Virus record (IMG/VR): IMGVR_UViG_3300042197_002243
Length of the DNA stretch: 64,000 bases
Direction: 5' to 3' (one strand)
From: a virus
Part shown: positions 36,767 to 43,634 of the stretch, piece after piece
Numbering within the stretch: the stretch's first letter is position 1
Layout of the letters: each line of letters begins with the position of its first letter
Translations under genes and position numbers: made by a program
Notes under the pieces: generated by a model
Database searches by the model: none
Told to the model about the DNA's origin: nothing
Seen by the model: the letters and a program-made list of their open reading frames with translations, nothing else

Positions 36767-37441
36767 TTAAACTGAACGTATTCTTGTAATCGGAGTTTTA
36801 TTGACAAATAATTCCGTCATAAAAATTACTAAGGTTAATCGACTATTATCTTCAGTATTTCCAAAGAAACGATCTGCACAATGAAAATAGTGAGAATCAA
36901 ATATAAACAATCGATTGAATAAATTGTTTACTGTTAAAATTTTTTCAAATTGATCATTGTTTTCTTTTCTACACTTATCATAATGCACAGACCTTCTTAA
37001 TTCAATATCTCGATTTCCATCCTTTTTAACTTGATCGTGCAATTGATTCGCTGCAAGATTCTTTGGCCAATATAAACTTGTACCACATTCCAATGGAGCA
37101 TTTGGTGTTAAGTAGATAATTCCTGTCAATAAAGATGGTCGATACTGATCTGTATGCACCCATCCATCATCAAAAGATTCATCAGTGAGTTGATATTTAA
37201 TTTCGGATTTCCATGAGATGTTTTCTTTTCCCAAATCATAAAAACTACTCAGAATCTTTCGATTGATATTATCAAACAATAAAGGGTGAATTTCTGATAG
37301 GCACTTTGATCTTTTTCCGCGATATGCTACATTCTTACAATCAACATCTAGATTCTGTGCCATTTTTAATCCATATTCTCTCACGCTATATGGATTATCA
37401 AAAAAACCATCGATCACTGTATGGGGAATTGTATTACTCAT
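36767..37441 (-). CDS. DUF6445-like 2OG-Fe(II) oxygenase-fold protein
   Basis: VIDGFFDNPY.VR, WVHTD, GIIYL.P.AP..GT, N.FNRL..FD...FH, RLT.V.F. Confidence 0.78.
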   Translation of the reverse strand: MSNTIPHTVIDGFFDNPYSVREYGLKMAQNLDVDCKNVAYRGKRSKCLSEIHPLLFDNINRKILSSFYDLGKENISWKSEIKYQLTDESFDDGWVHTDQYRPSLLTGIIYLTPNAPLECGTSLYWPKNLAANQLHDQVKKDGNRDIELRRSVHYDKCRKENNDQFEKILTVNNLFNRLFIFDSHYFHCADRFFGNTEDNSRLTLVIFMTELFVNKTPITRIRSV

Positions 37442-37444
37442 TTT

Positions 37445-37528
37445 TTATTTTTTCTTACCACCCTTCTTGGGAAGTGTGCGCTTATCAGGTCTTGAATACC
37501 CATCCTTATGAATCCATTTGACGCCCAT
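37445..37528 (-). CDS. 27-aa basic microprotein MGVKWIHKDGYSRPDKRTLPKKGGKKK
   Basis: GGAGGT SD and consensus late promoter directly upstream. Confidence 0.65.
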   Translation of the reverse strand: MGVKWIHKDGYSRPDKRTLPKKGGKKK

Positions 37529-37553
37529 TTTTTACCTCCGGAAATTTTTTTGA

Positions 37554-37561
37554 TATTTATA
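37554..37561 (-). promoter_or_regulatory. Consensus T4 late promoter TATAAATA
   Basis: Exact match. Confidence 0.8.
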
Positions 37562-37657
37562 AAGCTCGGTCGAATTGTCACCTCTGTAGGTTAGGGACTT
37601 ATCGATTTTTATAAACCGCCACGCCGCCCGCCGTTATAACCGCCAAGGGGCCACATA

Positions 37658-37689
37658 CTGCCAACACGAATAACTGTCAATACGAATAA
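37658..37689. repeat. Tandem 16-bp direct repeat (ctgccaacacgaataa / ctgtcaatacgaataa)
   Basis: Read directly; 2 mismatches. Confidence 0.8.
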
Positions 37690-37719
37690 GTGGGCTCAGC
37701 GTATAACCACTGAGCCCCT

Positions 37720-37748
37720 ATTATAACATCAAAACTCTATAACGTCAA
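37720..37748 (-). promoter_or_regulatory. Sigma70-type promoter TTGACG-N17-TATAAT (extended -10) firing into non-coding DNA
   Basis: Read directly. Confidence 0.75.
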
Positions 37749-37845
37749 TCTCCACATTGTCGGCAGCGATAGAGTCGAGAATGCTCAGAATCTCATTGCC
37801 GTTGTTACCTTTGGACAGAAGCGCAAGTGCAATCGAACGAGTCAT
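37729..37845 (-). CDS. 38-aa hypothetical MTRSIALALLSKGNNGNEILSILD...
   Basis: Hand-translated; below ORF-track cutoff. Confidence 0.6.
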   Translation of the reverse strand: MTRSIALALLSKGNNGNEILSILDSIAADNVEIDVIEF

Positions 37846-37918
37846 GATTAAGTGTTAGAAACTGTGTGTGTGATGAGTGTCTATAAGGGCGCATCTCATT
37901 CCCTCTACGATTATACTC

Positions 37919-38086
37919 TTACCAGTCTACATCGAGTTCTTCCACATAAGCCTCCACGGTCTCATCGCCATCCAATTCGAATAACTTTTGCCAGTTAATC
38001 TGTCTGGCATCAAAATCACTATACACGGAAAGATCCAGTGTTACACGCACATTCTTTTTCTGGGCTTGAAGGTAAGAAACTGACAT
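37919..38086 (-). CDS. 55-aa acidic hypothetical MSVSYLQAQKKNVRVTLDL...
   Basis: Hand-translated; has its own promoter upstream. Confidence 0.7.
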   Translation of the reverse strand: MSVSYLQAQKKNVRVTLDLSVYSDFDARQINWQKLFELDGDETVEAYVEELDVDW

Positions 38087-38114
38087 GGTTTTAGGAGCAC
38101 GAGGACTTAACTGT

Positions 38115-38147
38115 GGCCAGTATAAGATGCTGGGGCAATACTGTCAA
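38115..38147 (-). promoter_or_regulatory. Promoter TTGACA-N17-TATACT-GGCC
   Basis: Read directly. Confidence 0.8.
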
Positions 38148-38220
38148 CTGGGTGAGAGTATTTATCAGCGAGTCTTATAAGATTTGGGAGGACTGTGCGG
38201 TTTTGGTAATCTCCGAGGTC

Positions 38221-38249
38221 TTGACATTTTCGCGGTTGTGTGTTAGAGT
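38221..38249 (+). promoter_or_regulatory. Plus-strand promoter TTGACA-N17-TAGAGT (extended -10)
   Basis: Read directly; no plausible plus-strand CDS downstream. Confidence 0.55.
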
Positions 38250-38382
38250 GCGGGCTAAGATCGCTATAAGAACTGACATTATAAGGGGTCTAAATGATAC
38301 GAATAAGTATCAGAAACTCAACCCATACTGATAAGTATCATTAAACACACAATTATCTCAGCTTAATTAAAAAAAGGCTTTT

Positions 38383-38580
38383 CTAATTGATTTTAACACC
38401 TTTTTGACGAATTTGGCGCTTAATTTGATTCAGTGCATGGCGACAAGAGGGTGTAGCACTGGTGAAGATTTGCACCCCTGAGACATGCTTCCAGACCAGA
38501 TGTGTGCTCGAACGCTGTAACTCAAAACCATTCGATTCCATCATTACAGTGAGTTCTTTCTTGAACTTTTGAGTGCTCAT
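38383..38580 (-). CDS. HicA-like mRNA interferase fold protein (start revised to MSTQKF)
   Basis: MESNGFELQRSSTHLVWKH.SG.QI....TPS...L.QI..QI matches the HicA pattern with the conserved His. Confidence 0.65.
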   Translation of the reverse strand: MSTQKFKKELTVMMESNGFELQRSSTHLVWKHVSGVQIFTSATPSCRHALNQIKRQIRQKGVKIN

Positions 38581-38587
38581 GATGTAA

Positions 38588-38728
38588 TCAAACGAGGTAG
38601 GATTTAGAACCACAGGAAAGGTAGAAAGCTACCATGCGTTCCGCTTCATCAAGAGTGCGAAAGAATTGTGATCTCCACTCACACTGATTGTAGGGAGTTT
38701 GGTAGCGAACTTCGTAACGGGTAAGCAT
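38588..38728 (-). CDS. 46-aa hypothetical (YQTPYN.CEWRSQ.F.TL.EA.RMV.FY.SCGS)
   Basis: Hand-translated. Confidence 0.6.
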   Translation of the reverse strand: MLTRYEVRYQTPYNQCEWRSQFFRTLDEAERMVAFYLSCGSKSYLV

Positions 38729-38852
38729 TAGTTTGCAGTCGATTGGATAGTGTTACCGATGAGATGAAACAACTCTCCTGTGTGATACCTTAAGGATGGG
38801 GAGAGTATAAAGAAGACCAGAAAGATGAGTGGGATAAATTGATTCTTTTTCA

Positions 38853-39053
38853 TCAGGAGTTATACATCACATCTTTCTCCATTTCATTCAGAGTTTTTTC
38901 ATTCCATTCTTCCTTTACAAAGTCACCATCAACAGTATAAAGACGGTTCACATAGTAATCATAAAGGTCCACATTGAGAGTAGAAAGATTCGTGAAAGCT
39001 TCGGAGATTGCAGTGTTGATCTCGACTTGGGTCATTTGAGTGGTGTTCTTCAT
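38853..39053 (-). CDS. Hypothetical protein, probably leaderless
   Basis: ATG lies 6 nt after the -10 box. Confidence 0.7.
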   Translation of the reverse strand: MKNTTQMTQVEINTAISEAFTNLSTLNVDLYDYYVNRLYTVDGDFVKEEWNEKTLNEMEKDVMYNS

Positions 39054-39055
39054 GT

Positions 39056-39117
39056 GGCCAAGATACCAAGGATTGGGGGTCAGTGGTGAGAATAGTGGAC
39101 AGCCGTGTGGCTGTCAC
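39056..39117 (-). promoter_or_regulatory. Early promoter cassette A (palindrome, TGGTATCTT, GGCC)
   Basis: Member of the repeated intergenic family. Confidence 0.8.
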
Positions 39118-39221
39118 CACCACCAGTCTTTGGTGTTGACTTTCATTCCCATGGCAGCACATAGTATGGGAAAGCCAATCGCAATCATCATCAACAAAGC
39201 TGCAGCGAGATAGTGGTTCAT
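39114..39221 (-). CDS. 35-aa membrane peptide
   Basis: Hand-translated; hydrophobic; ATGA-coupled to the upstream ORF. Confidence 0.5.
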   Translation of the reverse strand: MNHYLAAALLMMIAIGFPILCAAMGMKVNTKDWWW

Positions 39222-39382
39222 TGAAGCGCGACATCTACGGGGAGAAGATTAACAATAGCTTCCACACCAGCGCAATGCAAACTCAGGACAAATCGCATCG
39301 CGTCGTTCATAGTCGGAAACTCTACTGTGCGCTCTACTTTATCTTGAACGTTGGTGAAGGTAACAGTGCGAGATTCAGTCAT
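39218..39382 (-). CDS. 54-aa hypothetical MTESRTVTFTNV...
   Basis: Hand-translated. Confidence 0.55.
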   Translation of the reverse strand: MTESRTVTFTNVQDKVERTVEFPTMNDAMRFVLSLHCAGVEAIVNLLPVDVALQ

Positions 39383-39419
39383 GATCGTGTCAGTGAGTGT
39401 AAAGAATTGAAGGAAAGAT

Positions 39420-39734
39420 TCAGTTCAGGCGCATACCAGAGAAGAAGGGAATCGTAGCACCATTGTAGTTAAGAAACCACTGACCTTTTTTCTGGAAGAC
39501 ATACTCACCAGGGCAGCCATGCTCAGCGAGAATAGCATTGAGGCGAGACTTTGTGGTGGCAGTCTGCCAACCACCGTCGAAAAGCTCGATCCAGGTTTCA
39601 CCGATGCGAGCAATCAGGTTACCGTGAAGAAACACATCAGAGACATGAGTGCAGCTGATAACCTCAGTGTTTGCACTCTTGAAGTCAACACCAGCGGTGA
39701 TGGCTTTGTTCATCTGGAGTTCGATCTTCCGCAT
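39420..39734 (-). CDS. Conserved phage hypothetical (LHGNLIA...DGGWQT.TTKSRLNA)
   Basis: ORF track; own promoter. Confidence 0.75.
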   Translation of the reverse strand: MRKIELQMNKAITAGVDFKSANTEVISCTHVSDVFLHGNLIARIGETWIELFDGGWQTATTKSRLNAILAEHGCPGEYVFQKKGQWFLNYNGATIPFFSGMRLN

Positions 39735-39791
39735 GAGAAAGTGAAGAGAAAGGATTGGGAGGAGGTGGGGGTCGTTCCCTCCCCCTCATGT

Positions 39792-39854
39792 GGCCATAAT
39801 ACGATGGCCAGGGGCCCTCCACAAGGGGGCTTGTGCCACCTATTCGGCTGTCAC
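39792..39854 (-). promoter_or_regulatory. Early promoter cassette B (TTGTGG-N17-TATTAT-GGCC)
   Basis: Repeat family member with CACAAG-GGGG-CTTGTG inverted repeat. Confidence 0.8.
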
Positions 39855-40060
39855 ACCTCGATCAGTTGATTGACAACATCATCATCATAAGCTTGTCGAA
39901 TCTCATCAATTAGATCCTCTACAGTTTCATAGTCTGTGGTTAGAGTATTGTAGAGCGTATCAAACACAAATTGAGTCAAAGATTTTTGATCCATGCCATC
40001 AACAATGAAGTTGGCATAGTTCTCAACAAGAGTCGAAAAGTCGGGCATTGATTCAGTCAT
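39851..40060 (-). CDS. Acidic hypothetical protein
   Basis: ORF track. Confidence 0.7.
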   Translation of the reverse strand: MTESMPDFSTLVENYANFIVDGMDQKSLTQFVFDTLYNTLTTDYETVEDLIDEIRQAYDDDVVNQLIEV

Positions 40061-40074
40061 TTTGTTGTTGGGAT

Positions 40075-40242
40075 TCAGTTAGCAAAAAGGTTGGAAATCT
40101 TATCTACAATGTTGTCATAATCGCTGCGAGGATCGTATTCATCATCCTCACAAAACTCGCGGTTGTTTGATACAAGATTGTAGATTAGATCCCACTCGGA
40201 ATCAGTAAAGAACTCTTGAATAGCTTCTTTGGATTGTGTCAT
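40075..40242 (-). CDS. Acidic hypothetical protein (start revised to MTQSKE)
   Basis: Shares a 21-nt initiation sequence with the next gene. Confidence 0.6.
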   Translation of the reverse strand: MTQSKEAIQEFFTDSEWDLIYNLVSNNREFCEDDEYDPRSDYDNIVDKISNLFAN

Positions 40243-40273
40243 TTTGTTGTTAGGATTCGGAAGGGCAATCATG

Positions 40274-40444
40274 TCAAACAGTAGCGGGAGCTAGAGTTAC
40301 TTCAACTCGCTTCAGATTCAATCCTGCGAGTTGTGCATTGACGCGCTTGCAGATAAGCTCAGTGGGGTTTTTTAGGCGGGAAACTTCATACCAAATGGTG
40401 CGACAGCCGTCGTTGGTTTCGACTTGGATTCGGATCGTTTGCAT
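40274..40444 (-). CDS. 56-aa hypothetical MQTIRIQVET...
   Basis: Hand-translated. Confidence 0.55.
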   Translation of the reverse strand: MQTIRIQVETNDGCRTIWYEVSRLKNPTELICKRVNAQLAGLNLKRVEVTLAPATV

Positions 40445-40446
40445 GT

Positions 40447-40611
40447 TCAGTAGTTAGAAACAGTGGTGAAGATGATGCCAGTTTCATTATAGCGAAGATC
40501 CACATCGCACTGATACTCTTCGCTCAAGCTGTACGCGAGATCGTATGCTCGATCGAGATCAGTAGTAGTGTTCTCCCAAGGAGCGCCGTAGCACTTAACA
40601 TCAATTCGCAT
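40447..40611 (-). CDS. Hypothetical protein (start revised to MRIDVK)
   Basis: ATG follows the GAGG SD of the cassette. Confidence 0.7.
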   Translation of the reverse strand: MRIDVKCYGAPWENTTTDLDRAYDLAYSLSEEYQCDVDLRYNETGIIFTTVSNY

Positions 40612-40695
40612 CAGGTGATTCCTCTCAACATGGCCAAGATACCAAGAATCCGGGCGCACCACAAGGGGGGCTTGTGACAGTTTCTGTGCTGTCAC
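40612..40695 (-). promoter_or_regulatory. Early promoter cassette C with leader GTTGAGAGGAATCACC
   Basis: TTGTGG-N17-TATCTT-GGCC; GTGACAG...CTGTCAC. Confidence 0.85.
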
Positions 40696-40934
40696 ACGGT
40701 CTGCCACGGTTGAGCTTCCTTTATACTTGAATCGAAATACTTTTGCAGAATACTATCAATAACTGGATACCACTGTTCGTTAGCACTTGGATGGCCACAT
40801 TCTCTTGCTTGATTAAGAAACTTAAGGACACAGGTTTCTTCATCTTGAGTGAAGCTTACGCGATTGAAAGTAAAACCAGTTTGCATGTTGTTGTTCATTT
40901 CAAGAGCGATTGTGCAGGGATCTTTATACATCAA
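40692..40934 (-). CDS. Hypothetical protein
   Basis: ORF track; start uncertain. Confidence 0.6.
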   Translation of the reverse strand: MMYKDPCTIALEMNNNMQTGFTFNRVSFTQDEETCVLKFLNQARECGHPSANEQWYPVIDSILQKYFDSSIKEAQPWQTV

Positions 40935-41089
40935 TCATCCCCAAAGTTGTTGGCAAGAAAATCTTCAAGTTCAGTGAGTTTGGATTCACTCAAGTTCCAA
41001 ACATACTCACTGATAACTGTATCCAAAAGGTCAGAATCTTCACGACACTTTTCTTTCAGAAACCACTCAAGTTCGGTTCGGTTAGTCAT
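40931..41089 (-). CDS. 52-aa acidic hypothetical MTNRTELEWF...
   Basis: Hand-translated; GGAGG SD. Confidence 0.6.
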   Translation of the reverse strand: MTNRTELEWFLKEKCREDSDLLDTVISEYVWNLSESKLTELEDFLANNFGDD

Positions 41090-41244
41090 CATTTGTCCTC
41101 CACAAGATCAAACTTAGAATCAACACATTCCCAATCACGACACAAATCGTAGTCGGGTTCGTTGATCCATTCCTCTGCTTCTTCTTTGGTGTCGAAGACA
41201 ACAGCAGTCGTGTTAGTTTCAGTAACGTAGACAGTGTAAGACAT
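41089..41244 (-). CDS. 51-aa acidic hypothetical MSYTVYVTET...
   Basis: Hand-translated. Confidence 0.55.
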   Translation of the reverse strand: MSYTVYVTETNTTAVVFDTKEEAEEWINEPDYDLCRDWECVDSKFDLVEDK

Positions 41245-41246
41245 AA

Positions 41247-41495
41247 TCAGTTCAGCTCGCGGAGTTCGTTTTCAATGCAGTTGAAGATTTCCTCGTAGAG
41301 GTAATCATAATCGTCTTCCACATTGTTGAGAACTTGCTCTGCAATCTCACGGGATTGTGTCACTTGCTCTCCATTTTCATCCATCACGAATACATCAGGA
41401 TTGGTGAAGATAAATGCAGCAACAGGAGCATCTGCACCCTGTTCGGCAATCATACGCTCGACAGATTCTTTGAGTTGTTGTAGAGTTCGTGCCAT
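41247..41495 (-). CDS. Acidic hypothetical protein
   Basis: ORF track. Confidence 0.7.
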   Translation of the reverse strand: MARTLQQLKESVERMIAEQGADAPVAAFIFTNPDVFVMDENGEQVTQSREIAEQVLNNVEDDYDYLYEEIFNCIENELRELN

Positions 41496-41534
41496 TGTGT
41501 GAGTGTTAGTTTTTTGAGATTGAATTAGTTACAA

Positions 41535-41759
41535 TCAGTAGAGGAGAGAGAATGAACCACAGAAGCGACGAACCCATTGGAGAGTATCATAATGGGAGCG
41601 TGGCTTGCTCATCACCATGCTTTTATTGGTCTCAGGATTGAGAGCAACAGCAACATACTGGTGACCACATTCTTGCCATTCAGGTGTCACTTGTTGAATG
41701 AACATTTGGTTGACTTTGCCTTCCTTCCAGTTGGTGACGTAGGAGTAGACTTGATCCAT
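41535..41759 (-). CDS. Hypothetical protein (start revised to MDQVYS)
   Basis: ATG after the cassette SD. Confidence 0.7.
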   Translation of the reverse strand: MDQVYSYVTNWKEGKVNQMFIQQVTPEWQECGHQYVAVALNPETNKSMVMSKPRSHYDTLQWVRRFCGSFSLLY

Positions 41760-41841
41760 CAGGTGATTCCTCTCAACATGGCCAAGATACCAAAACTGGC
41801 TGCCCAGTGGGGAGACTGGTGGACAGCCTCCCCACTGGCAC
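41760..41841 (-). promoter_or_regulatory. Early promoter cassette D with 11-bp inverted repeat CCAGTGGGGAG/CTCCCCACTGG
   Basis: Repeat family member. Confidence 0.8.
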
Positions 41842-41849
41842 ATGATTTG

Positions 41850-42071
41850 TTATACCATCTTCAGCCCATAATCGTTAATCATAATGTCACGCACATGTTC
41901 ACGGTCGAAACTATCACCAGCAAAGTCAGCTCCAGAGTTAATGTATTTCTGTGTAGCTTCCATTACCATGTCCAACGTAGCTCCGATCTTGTAGATACCA
42001 TTCTCACCATAAAATGCGAGAACATAATGATAGAAATCAGACATCAAAATGGGATCGTAAATCATCTTCAT
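41850..42071 (-). CDS. Hypothetical protein (F.GDSFDRE.VRD motif)
   Basis: ORF track. Confidence 0.7.
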   Translation of the reverse strand: MKMIYDPILMSDFYHYVLAFYGENGIYKIGATLDMVMEATQKYINSGADFAGDSFDREHVRDIMINDYGLKMV

Positions 42072-42280
42072 TTGACAACGGTGTTAGAATCAGGATCGAA
42101 AGTCACCTCGGTGATGACATCAAACTCATTGGTCATTTTGACATAATTCCACTCATTATCATCCTCACCTTCCTGATAACAATGAATGAAACCTTCGGAG
42201 TCAACTTTTACAAAACAACCATCATAATCTTCGGCATCAAATTGATAACCTGCGGCAATTAGTGCTTCAGCGAAAGTCAT
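42068..42280 (-). CDS. Acidic hypothetical protein (start revised to MTFAEA)
   Basis: ATG after the cassette SD. Confidence 0.7.
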   Translation of the reverse strand: MTFAEALIAAGYQFDAEDYDGCFVKVDSEGFIHCYQEGEDDNEWNYVKMTNEFDVITEVTFDPDSNTVVK

Positions 42281-42363
42281 GGGGTGATTCCTCTCAACAT
42301 GGCCAAGATAGCAAGAATCTAGGAGCAATACAAGGGGGGTTGTGCCAGTTCTTCAACTGTCAC
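42281..42363 (-). promoter_or_regulatory. Early promoter cassette E
   Basis: TTGTAT-N17-TATCTT-GGCC; gtgccagtt-cttc-aactgtcac. Confidence 0.85.
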
Positions 42364-42383
42364 AAATTGTGTTCACTTTTTAC

Positions 42384-42683
42384 TCATCGGTTAAGCATCT
42401 TCCAAATGACAAAGATTGATACGATAGCAGCTAGAATCGGCAGAACAATTTGCCAATACGCTAATGCTGCCATGAACGCAAAAAGTTTCATCAACGCACC
42501 AAAGCTTGAACCACCACTAGACGATGAGCTTCCACCACTCACTTCACGCAAATTGCGAATGTAGATTGGATTATAAAGATGCTCAATCTCTTGCTTTGCA
42601 GTAGAATACGAACCAGATTGCACAGTGACAGTATAAGATGAGCCTGTCGGAACTGTTTTAATTTCTGCTTTATACGTTGCCAT
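42384..42683 (-). CDS. Membrane protein with C-terminal hydrophobic segment
   Basis: Ser/Gly linker followed by TM helices. Confidence 0.7.
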   Translation of the reverse strand: MATYKAEIKTVPTGSSYTVTVQSGSYSTAKQEIEHLYNPIYIRNLREVSGGSSSSSGGSSFGALMKLFAFMAALAYWQIVLPILAAIVSIFVIWKMLNR

Positions 42684-43117
42684 TATCGTGCGTACAGATA
42701 ACTACCTGCCCAATCAGCATGTTCCAGCAACCATTCACGTTGCTCGATGATTCGCAGATCATAACGAACACCTTTAGCGGGAGCTTTCCACGATGCAGAC
42801 TTATAAACTTGACCAGTTTTCTTGTCAATGAAACAATGAACAGAGCGAGATCCATTGGCATCCATCACAATCTTGTGATACTTTTTACCAGTCTCGGGAA
42901 AGAAATTGTAGTCACAAATGCCAGACTTAAGTAGAGCGATCTGTGCATCATGATACTCTACATCAGACGTGCGAAGTGCATGGGAACGAATAGAATAGTC
43001 GATGTAGTTTTGACGCAGTGCTTCACACAATGCGAAAGTGTGACCCAGGATAGCGTTTTCGATGTTACCTTGTGCCTCTTGTTGTGCAGAATACTTGGAA
43101 AGTGTGGTGGTGGTCAT
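42683..43117 (-). CDS. Conserved phage hypothetical (KKYHKI...SVHCFID..TG.VYK.ASWKAPAK..RY); start revised
   Basis: GGAGG SD before MTTTTL. Confidence 0.75.
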   Translation of the reverse strand: MTTTTLSKYSAQQEAQGNIENAILGHTFALCEALRQNYIDYSIRSHALRTSDVEYHDAQIALLKSGICDYNFFPETGKKYHKIVMDANGSRSVHCFIDKKTGQVYKSASWKAPAKGVRYDLRIIEQREWLLEHADWAGSYLYAR

Positions 43118-43121
43118 GACA

Positions 43122-43355
43122 TCAACCTCCGAAGATTTCGTCGAACAGATCACCCATCTCACGGCGATCATTCTCAAAATCAATCATGTTACGCATTTGC
43201 AGGAGAGTATCTTGCTCCATGCGAAGCTTCAGGATTTGCTCACCAAGATCGTGCAATTTGTTGTTGATCTGAATACGATCCAAACCGTCTACAGTGGTAA
43301 CGGTGATGGGCATCCCTTGCGACATTGTGGTGCGATCTGCGATGATGTGAGTCAT
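43122..43355 (-). CDS. Coiled-coil hypothetical (start revised to MTHIIA)
   Basis: ATG after the cassette SD. Confidence 0.7.
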   Translation of the reverse strand: MTHIIADRTTMSQGMPITVTTVDGLDRIQINNKLHDLGEQILKLRMEQDTLLQMRNMIDFENDRREMGDLFDEIFGG

Positions 43356-43436
43356 GTGGATTCCTCTCAACATGGCCATAATACGACGACCAAGGGCTCC
43401 GCACAAGGGGGCTTGTGACACTTATTCAAGTGGCAC
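43356..43436 (-). promoter_or_regulatory. Early promoter cassette F
   Basis: TTGTGC-N17-TATTAT-GGCC; gtgacactt-attc-aagtggcac. Confidence 0.85.
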
Positions 43437-43628
43437 AGGGGGTGTCTCTCCTTCTACTTCAGATGATCTAGCTTGTGGGGCAATGGTATCAACTTTCACA
43501 TTATTCACATAAACTGCAATTTCCCCCTGCAATTCTGTGGCATAATGTTGACCTAACAGGTATGCTTCTTCAAGTGAAGTGCAATGATGATGATTGATGC
43601 CATTTGTAATAAAGAACTCGTCTTGCAT
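43422..43628 (-). CDS. Hypothetical protein
   Basis: ORF track. Confidence 0.6.
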   Translation of the reverse strand: MQDEFFITNGINHHHCTSLEEAYLLGQHYATELQGEIAVYVNNVKVDTIAPQARSSEVEGETPPVPLE

Positions 43629-43634
43629 TTTAAT

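Noticed and set aside
40612-42328. Shared peptide YLGHVERNH in three ORF-track proteins
   Set aside because: It is the translated promoter/leader cassette; the true starts are the ATGs after the GAGG SD.
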